From Chrysomallon squamiferum (taxonomy: Eukaryota > Animalia > Mollusca), in contig CM022671.1 of the NCBI GenBank assembly GCA_012295275.1, positions 24,800,001 through 24,864,000 on the forward strand: a DNA stretch of 64,000 bases. Reading direction: 5' to 3'. The notes beneath the pieces were generated by a model. That model did no database searches. It saw only the letters and a program-made list of their open reading frames with translations, and was not told the DNA's origin. The position numbers and the translations under genes were made by a program. Position 1 is the first letter of the stretch. Each line of letters starts with the position of its first letter. Of the stretch, positions 54,001 to 64,000 are shown piece after piece.

Positions 54001-57000
54001 TCTTTGATTTTTACTATCACCATTTTATTTTATTTTATTTTTTTTTAAACACACACACACACACAGACACATATCAATTATCATCACAGCAATGAAATAA
54101 GATGTTAAAAATAATTTATACCATGAAGCTGTTTTGTTACATATCGGATATTCTTTCATTCATTGATATTCAGTATTATTTGAAATATTTGAAATAATCT
54201 TATTTTGACTGATAGTTAAAACATTTCAGTCTTGTGCTGACAATTCAGTTACCTTGATTACATTATGCTGTCTTTTTTTCAGTATTAGAGTGACTGTAAA
54301 GGTGTTCTCACTCATCCCCCAATCATCATTTAAATATGAATTAAATTCTAATAGTTTAGTTTAATCAACAGACACAAACTGTCTGTATCATAAATAAACT
54401 GATGACATTTTGAGAACCACTGTTTATGTTTTTAATTTCATTTTTATGATTTTATTTATTTTAAAACTTTTGTTTAATTATTATAAATTATTTAAAACTG
54501 TTATATATGTCAATTGTTTTTTTATTATTCTTTTTTATCAGCACTGTGAATCATCCAGTGATGAAGAAGTCAAGACAAGTCCTGATGTTGTTGATGTTGA
54601 AGACCTCGGAAAAGTCATGAAGTTGGCAAAGATGGTAATTCTTTTATTTGTACATTTAGTATTTAAAAAATAATAATAATCAGATAATATTTTGTTTAAA
54701 AAAAACAAACAAAGATGCATCTTGATTCATATTTCAGAATAGTTTGTAATTATTAGATCTTTCAAAACTTATTTAAATGTGCATTTGGGAAAGCAACATT
54801 TCTTTAGTAGAAAATATTAGTAGAAAATGTTAGTAGTGTAGAATGTGAAAAACATCATAATTCTACAGACATTTTATATGTCTTCACATCAAGACATTTC
54901 CTTGAACACTCTCCCAGTTGGATATCTTTCTTATATACATATCATCAACTGTTTTATAATTTGGCATTGGGACAATCTCCATCATGCCCATATTTTTATG
55001 GTAATGTTTACTGGGATTTCAGACAAAGGAAAATGACGAGGAAGATGGCAATGATGATAATTCAACTAACGGAACCCGTGAAATGATAACGCCGTTGTTG
55101 AGGCAGTCGTTAGAGAAGCAGGGGTATCGTCTGATTGGTACTCACTCTGGCGTCAAACTCTGCAGGTGGACAAAGGTACAGAACAATGAAGTTTTTATAA
55201 TTTTTATTATGGAGCATTTTAAAAAAAAAAAAAAAAAAATAGTTGCATTTATAAAACAGTGAATGAATGAATAAAAGTTTAATGTTTTTATTCAAAAAAT
55301 GACATCTAAAATAAATATTTTGTTTACACTGTTGTGATTTAAAATATCATGGGGGTGCTTTTGTTAAATGTTTTCAAGAACAAAATAAATATTAAACAAC
55401 TGCTTAGAAATTAAGAAAATATATACAAACAAGAAACAACAATCTTTAAAACAAGTAGAGAAACTCAGAGAAGATCACTGTGAATTATAAAAAAATAAAA
55501 CACTGACAACCAAAAAAAACCACTACAAAATAAAACAAGTCCTCCCCTCACCAAAGAAAATGATAAAATGGTCCATCAGGCAGGCATTTTTCATAGAATT
55601 AAAATATCAAGACAGACAGTAGCTTTCAGTGGCTGCTAAATAATAATAGAAAAATTGTTACTCAGTACCAGTTAACATATTAAATATAGACATTTCATAA
55701 CAAACTGATATTTGATATATTGTTATTATTTCAGTCCATGCTCCGAGGTAGAGGGGGCTGTTACAAACACACTTTCTATGGGATTGAAAGTCACAGATGT
55801 ATGGAAACCACACCTAGCTTGGCCTGTGCTAACAAATGTGTCTTCTGCTGGAGGTTTGATTAAAATTTTGCCCCAAAATGGATGGTCCTTAAAAATTTCA
55901 TCAGTTCATTCATGGACTATGTTGTCTAGGACTGTTATATGTTATATTTATGCCTGTGTCATGTGAAGATTGTGCTATTATATAACAGTTGATGTTATTA
56001 GATACTGTAAATATCAGTAAATGCATTATTTGAATAAAATTTTTGTTTTTCTGATCAAATATTAGTTTGATCATGAGCTCTTCTGTCTAGGAGTTCATTT
56101 TATAAATACACAAGTGTCTTTATTATATCATAATCAAATCAGCTATTTCTGTATTATATTTTATTATTAGCAGTGTTTTGTGTGTGTTATCCACTGAACA
56201 AAGTGAAATGACACAGTTAATTTTATTAAAATAATATTTTTTACAGACACCACACTAATCCTGTTGGTACAGAGTGGAAATGGAAAATGGATGATCCCGA
56301 GCTGATATTTAAAGGAGCTCTCAGTAGCCATAGAAACATGATTAAACAGTTCAAAGGTGTTTTATTTTGTTATTCTTTAGATAACTAATTTAGATGTCTG
56401 TGTATAGAATAGATAGATATACTTGGTTCGTTTAAGGGATGTTCTAATATGGAACATGTGAAAAAAAAAACAAACCAGTCCTAGTTTATCAGGTTAGCAC
56501 ATTTTAGAAAATTGATATTGTATTCATTTACCATTTAAATTTTTACTCAAGTCTAAATTGGACAGACAAACATACGTCTTTCTGGCCTTATTATTATACT
56601 GTTAATTCAAGAAATATTAATTTTAAGTACTTCAGTGAAAAAGTGTAAAGCAGCCAATCATTGACATCACAATGAATTTGTTACAGGTGTGCCAGGTGTG
56701 ATACCAGAGAGGCTTGCTGAGGGACTGGAGCCAAGGCACTGTGCTCTGTCTCTTGTTGGTGAGCCCATCATGTACCCAGAAATCAACTCTTTTATTGACA
56801 TGCTGCACAACAAGGAAATCTCCACCTTCCTAGTCACCAATGCTCAGTTCCCTGATGCTATAAAGTAAACAGTTTTTTGTTATAGCTGAAAGCTATTTTT
56901 AATTAGTGCTCAGCGTTGTATAGTCTGTATGTCTGTAAGTGTGTGTTTCTCTCTGTATGTGTGTGGGCATGTAGGTGTACATGGGTCTGATGTGGTGTAT

Positions 57001-58368
57001 GTGCTGTGGTGTGATTTGTGTGTGTGTGTGTGTGTGTGTGTTCATGTGTATGTTTGTTTGTGGTGGTTTGTTTTGTGTGCAAAGTATTGTCAGCTAAATG
57101 GAAGTTATTGGTCTATATATATTTTACAAATCTTTAATATTTTATTTATAAATAAGACTTTAATAAATTTGTGTCTTGAAACCTTGACAATACAAATTTA
57201 TTAAAGTCTTATTATCCAATATTCTGTTACCCAATATTCATAAAACAAAATCTTTAATGTACTAACACCCTATTTCTCTGCTTGTGTTTGTGTAGAACTC
57301 TGAAGCCTGTAACACAGTTGTATGTGAGTGTGGATGCTGGCACTCCAGAACACCTGAAGAAGATAGACCGGCCTCTGTTTAAAGACTTCTGGCAGAGGTT
57401 CATCGACAGTCTGACAGCACTGGGTGACAAGGGGCAGAGAACTGTGTACCGACTGACACTGGTGAAAGAATGGAACACCAGTGAGATTGATAACTATGCA
57501 AAACTTGTTTCTCTCGGCAAGCCAGATTTTATTGAAGTTAAAGTGAGTGAGATGTGTCTTCACGATAAAAATAAATGTATTTACTTGATGTGTAATTATT
57601 ATTGATAGTGAAATTATACATGTGGTAAAAGATCTAGACATTATTTTCATGTTCAGAACAAATTTACATCATGTTAATCTTATTGTTACAAATGGTTGGT
57701 TGCATTTGTCATTACTGCACAGGTGATGCCTGTTTTAAATACTCAAAGAGTGTTTCCTTAACAGATCCACACTAAAATACACAAGTAATGTCATATATCA
57801 GACCACAAAGGATTTTGAAAAAAAACCAGTTTGTTGTTAGAAAATAACATATGCCATAAATACTCTTGTTTATTTATTCTGCTGCATGGGTATTTTGAAC
57901 TACACCTCAGTAAATCTTGTGAAACAGTTTCAGTATTTTCAGTATATACAACATTGATGCTTAATATAATAATCTACTAAATGTTTTGTTACAGGGTGTC
58001 ACTTACTGTGGAGACTCAAAATCCTCTACTTTGACAATGAATAACGTTCCTTGGCATGAGGAAGTTGTAGGCTTTGTGCAGAAGCTGGCAAAAAAACTTC
58101 CAGACTACGAAATAGCATCCGAACATGAACACTCCAACTGCATATTAATAGCTAACAAAAAGGTAACTGAAACCTGCTAAGAAAGAAACATTTTACAACA
58201 ACTCTACATAAAAAAATTAGAGTAAAAAAATTGTGAAAATTTAGAAAGAAAAAAAACAATCCCCTCCCCCACAAAAAAAAAAAGAGAAAAAAGCATTACT
58301 TATTTATTCAAAGTATTCATAGGTAGGTAGGTAGGTAGGTAGGTAGGTAGGTAGGTATATACATACAT

Positions 58369-58408
<40 letters not shown>

Positions 58409-58863
58409 ATGTATATATGTATATATGTATATATGTATCAGATATTTCAGCAGTTACGTCTTTCATTTGAAAAACAAATTATGCCAAGTTCAGTCACCAA
58501 ATAAATATCAGATAATTCAATATTAAAATTATATTATTTATTTATTTATTTATTTATTTTTAAATTTTAAATATCAGTTAGAAATTTAAACAACTGTCAC
58601 TTTATCCACATAAGGATCACTGTCAGATTTACTGTTATTTTCATTTGTTTCAGTTCAAGATTAAGAACGAGTGGTGGACGTGGATAGACTATGACAGATT
58701 TCACGAGCTGATGCATGGTTTCAAACAGAATAAAAAGAAATTCACTGCTGAAGATTACATGGCAAAAACTCCACGCTGGGCCGTGTATGGAGCCACGGAG
58801 CAAGGTTTTGATCCTGAGGAGAAGCGATTTCACAGGAAGAAAAAAGACAAACCAGTCCTGTAG
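50801..58863 (+). CDS. TYW1: S-adenosyl-L-methionine-dependent tRNA 4-demethylwyosine synthase (flavodoxin + radical SAM), 14 coding exons, ~703 aa
   Basis: Exons 50801-50920, 51470-51598, 52221-52322, 52965-53159, 53373-53472, 53761-53948, 54542-54634, 55023-55175, 55735-55853, 56247-56356, 56687-56864, 57296-57542, 57995-58162, 58654-58863. Flavodoxin motifs IFYGTQTGNSK and VFGLGDSNY; GTHSGVKLCRWTKSMLRGRGGCYKHTFYGIESHRC; radical SAM CANKCVFC; HCALSLVGEP; TVYRLTLVK; ASEHEHSNC. Confidence 0.96.
53592..53710. repeat. (CAT/TAT)n compound microsatellite in TYW1 intron 5
   Basis: Direct inspection; it is the source of spurious poly-H/D/M ORFs. Confidence 0.9.
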
Positions 58864-59769
58864 ATATTATTTTTGTTTCAATTACAAAATGAAATTTCAC
58901 AGCGATATAACAGCAGTTTATATCTGATATTTGATTCTGATGAGACAATTATCAAGGGAAATAAAAAAAAGAAGAAAAAAAAGGCAATCCTTTATAAACT
59001 GTTGATATTTCACTTATTAATATTTCAGTGGGTAAAGTAAAACGTTTTAACCATTTTAGTTTTAAAACTATTGATTTTGTAATGCAATATTATGTTTGAA
59101 ATGTTTTGGGGTTCTTATTTGGTTATTTAATGCAAAAGAAAACAAAAGGAGTTGTGTTTGACTTCTTAAACTGTTTATCTTTTAAATATATGTCTGAATT
59201 GTAATATGAAATGTTTGTGTTGAAGATTATTCTGTATATTTCACAAGCTGCACTGACATTCATCTGCATTATAATAATAATGTTGTTAATTTAAGATACT
59301 CAATTATTCAGTTAATTTGCCACAAACTGGGATTTCTTCTTTTATGAAACTGACTTTAAAGAAACCACATATATGCATAATCTCTGTGTATGGCTGTGTG
59401 TTTGGGTGTGTGTGTTTCTATGTATGCATGGGTGTGTGCATGCATGCATAAGAGCGTGTATATTGATTTCATTTGTATTCCGAACATTTTTTTTAAGAGA
59501 AACATTCTTGAATGAATAACCACAAAAATAAATGAAAATAATTCAAAAAACAAAAGAAAACCTAGAGATAATAATTTAGTTGAATGTAGAATTATGATGC
59601 AGAAATACTAAATCTTCATTCACTTGTCAAAGATTCTCCTGTTTGCTCTTTAATGTTTTATATGCAAGAAGACTGCTTGAATCCAATTTCTTGTTTTATT
59701 CTTCCAGTAAAAATAATAACCTAGATGCTATCAAAATGACTTACAGCTGAAATTTTAACTGTGTGGGTG

Positions 59770-59772
<3 letters not shown>

Positions 59773-59828
<56 letters not shown>
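59773..59828. repeat. (TG)n microsatellite
   Basis: Direct inspection. Confidence 0.95.
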
Positions 59829-59832
<4 letters not shown>

Positions 59833-60424
59833 ATGTAATATTATCCTTTTAAACATGTTTTGAAGAAGAAGCTGTGGGTATTAGTTTCACTGAACTTGTT
59901 TTTACTTTGTGGTTAATAATTATTAAACATTTTTTTGTAGTAATTTCATGAACACCCAAGAAATATCATTTGCCACCATTTCTTAAGCAGATAGTGAAAT
60001 TCGTATGAAAGTGTTGAATTGCTGATGATAATCATTTTTACTCATTCATGAAAAAAAATACAGCAAAACAATAATAAGAAAAAGTCAAGAAAATAAAAAT
60101 AATGATGAAGATATTGTTGAATGAGTGCTGCTGTTAAATTCTTCTGAAAACTTACATTTGTACTTTTCTGTTGTCAGCACAATATATTCCTGAACGTTTG
60201 ATTCTTAATTTGTATATGCAACAAAAAAGTAATATCATAATTTATATTGTTAATATGAATAAATAAATATATAATAACAATAATTTAAAATAATACAGGT
60301 ACACAATCAGTTTTCTGGACGCTAATGATTTCAGACTTCATTTAGTCCATATAAATGTAAGACTAGATATTTGAAATTTATTTATTTACATTTAACCATT
60401 TAATTTTCTTTCTTTCTTTTTTTC

Positions 60425-60455
<31 letters not shown>

Positions 60456-61272
60456 CACTTTGTTGATGATATTTATACTGATAAACATGCCCCATTAACA
60501 CTAACACATTTCATTTAATAATTTAATCATTTGATATACAAGTCATTATGTTCTGCTCGTTTTAAAACTGTGTTCAAGACAACTCTGATTAATATTTGTG
60601 TTCAGTAGTAATTTTAGTTAAATAATCTCTTCATTTTTGATAGTTGCAGTATTGTATTTAATTGTTAATTTGACACTGACATTAGTTTATTATTAGTTTA
60701 TTATTAGTCAGTGAGATCAGTAGTTAACACGAATATTTATTATTACATTTCATTTTGTTTAAAATTTATTTTACTTCTTTAATGTTTCTGAGGTTAGATG
60801 TAAGTGGGTATATATATGTATTAAAATTTAATAACCTGGTAAAATAAAAAAATATAGAAATAGCAATAAAATGTTTTAATGGTTTAGATGCTATTTTCTT
60901 TGATGAAAGTAATGCTCAAATAAGGAGCCTTATTTTAAATAATTATTAAAATGTTACCAATTTAAAATATTGTAAGTGGAACTTATACTTGTTGTATACG
61001 GTCAATATACCTCAGCATAAAAAATAAACATTGATATACTACAGGTTTAATTTTACTTATTACTGGAATTACGTATTCGATACGTAAGAAGGACATGATA
61101 AATTAATATTTTGTTTAAAATAATGACGAAGTATAATATGTAATTCTCTTTTCTTTAATAATAAAATAATTATGATGATTGATCTATATTTCTGTTGATT
61201 TTTGTTTGTATTTGGAGTGTTTGGGTTAATTAGAATATCAGTTTAGTTTGCTGATATTGGTATAACTTTTAT

Positions 61273-61304
<32 letters not shown>

Positions 61305-61849
61305 TAATAATAATAATATTAATAATTACGAATTCCTTGAAACCCTGAAACAAAAAAAAAAAAAAAAAAAAAAAAAAACAAATGTACAAATATAATGTAC
61401 AAAGTTTTAATATTAGTTAATATTTAAAGATAATTATATAAATGTTTACTGACAACAAATTATGTTTCGTTATATGAAAACGAAGAAAGATATTTTTTAT
61501 CAATTTTCTTTTATTTTTATAACAATAACCATTTGTTTAACTGAATAAAATTTTGATCACACTAAATAATTTGTGTACAATAAAAAGGTTTACAACATAT
61601 CACTAATGGTGTTATCATAAATAGAAATTATAATATGATCATTATCAATAAAATATTACAATTTCTGAAGATTATTATTATTTTTTTAACCAAACCATAT
61701 AATTCTACTTTACTTTGAAAGCCCTAAAACAATTATTTAAGAAAAGGAAACGAATGTTGGTATAAAAAAGAAAAAAGAAAAGAAAAGAAAAACTATAAGA
61801 AATAAATTAAGGGCAGCAGAAGTGAAGAAAACGGAAAATCTGAAAATAT

Positions 61850-63644
<1,795 letters not shown>

Positions 63645-63868
63645 CTGAAAAAATAATGAAGAACATTTGCATTACTGCAGGTATATTATAGCTTTTCCGA
63701 AATCCTCGGACGAGATGATAAATTATGTATTTGGATATTATTTGTAAGTACAACTTGTAATATGTACACATTAAACTACTGGGAGATGCATAAATGAGAG
63801 TAGCTTCATAATTGCTTGTCACGTAAATAAGTAAGTATATAAGTAAAGGAACAAACAAGCCTTAAGCC

Positions 63869-63920
<52 letters not shown>

Positions 63921-64000
63921 TGATGATGATGATGATGATGATGAATGTGATGATGGTGATGGTAATGATGATAATGACGACGAAGACGATGACGACAGTG

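Overview
This is AT-rich, microsatellite-dense, intron-containing animal DNA. A lophotrochozoan/mollusc origin is inferred from repeat style and gene content, not proven. I stitched exons by hand using GT-AG sites and reading frame. From left to right: (1) two convergent glycosyltransferase family 92 (GT92/DUF23) paralogues, plus a tandem duplicate of the second gene's first coding exon and upstream region; (2) VPS33A (16 exons, +); (3) an 11-exon minus-strand gene for a ~922-aa type II membrane protein that joins a PKDCC/VLK-like kinase and PAN-like module to a C-terminal FAM198/Fam20/Four-jointed-like kinase fold, both with degenerate catalytic motifs; (4) POLR2J/RPB11, head-to-head with that gene; (5) TYW1; (6) the 3' end of an EGF-repeat plus chitin-binding (CBM14) gene. 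Mobile DNA includes an internally deleted Mutator/MULE, a deleted Tigger/pogo element and a hAT MITE with a perfect 8-bp TSD. The most interesting items are the double secretory-pathway pseudokinase fusion, two paralogous equal-length terminal exons of VPS33A, an ectopic in-frame copy of VPS33A exon 11 that ends in a stop, and repeated local duplication of exons and splice sites across the window. Family assignments come from recalled motifs; no database search was run.
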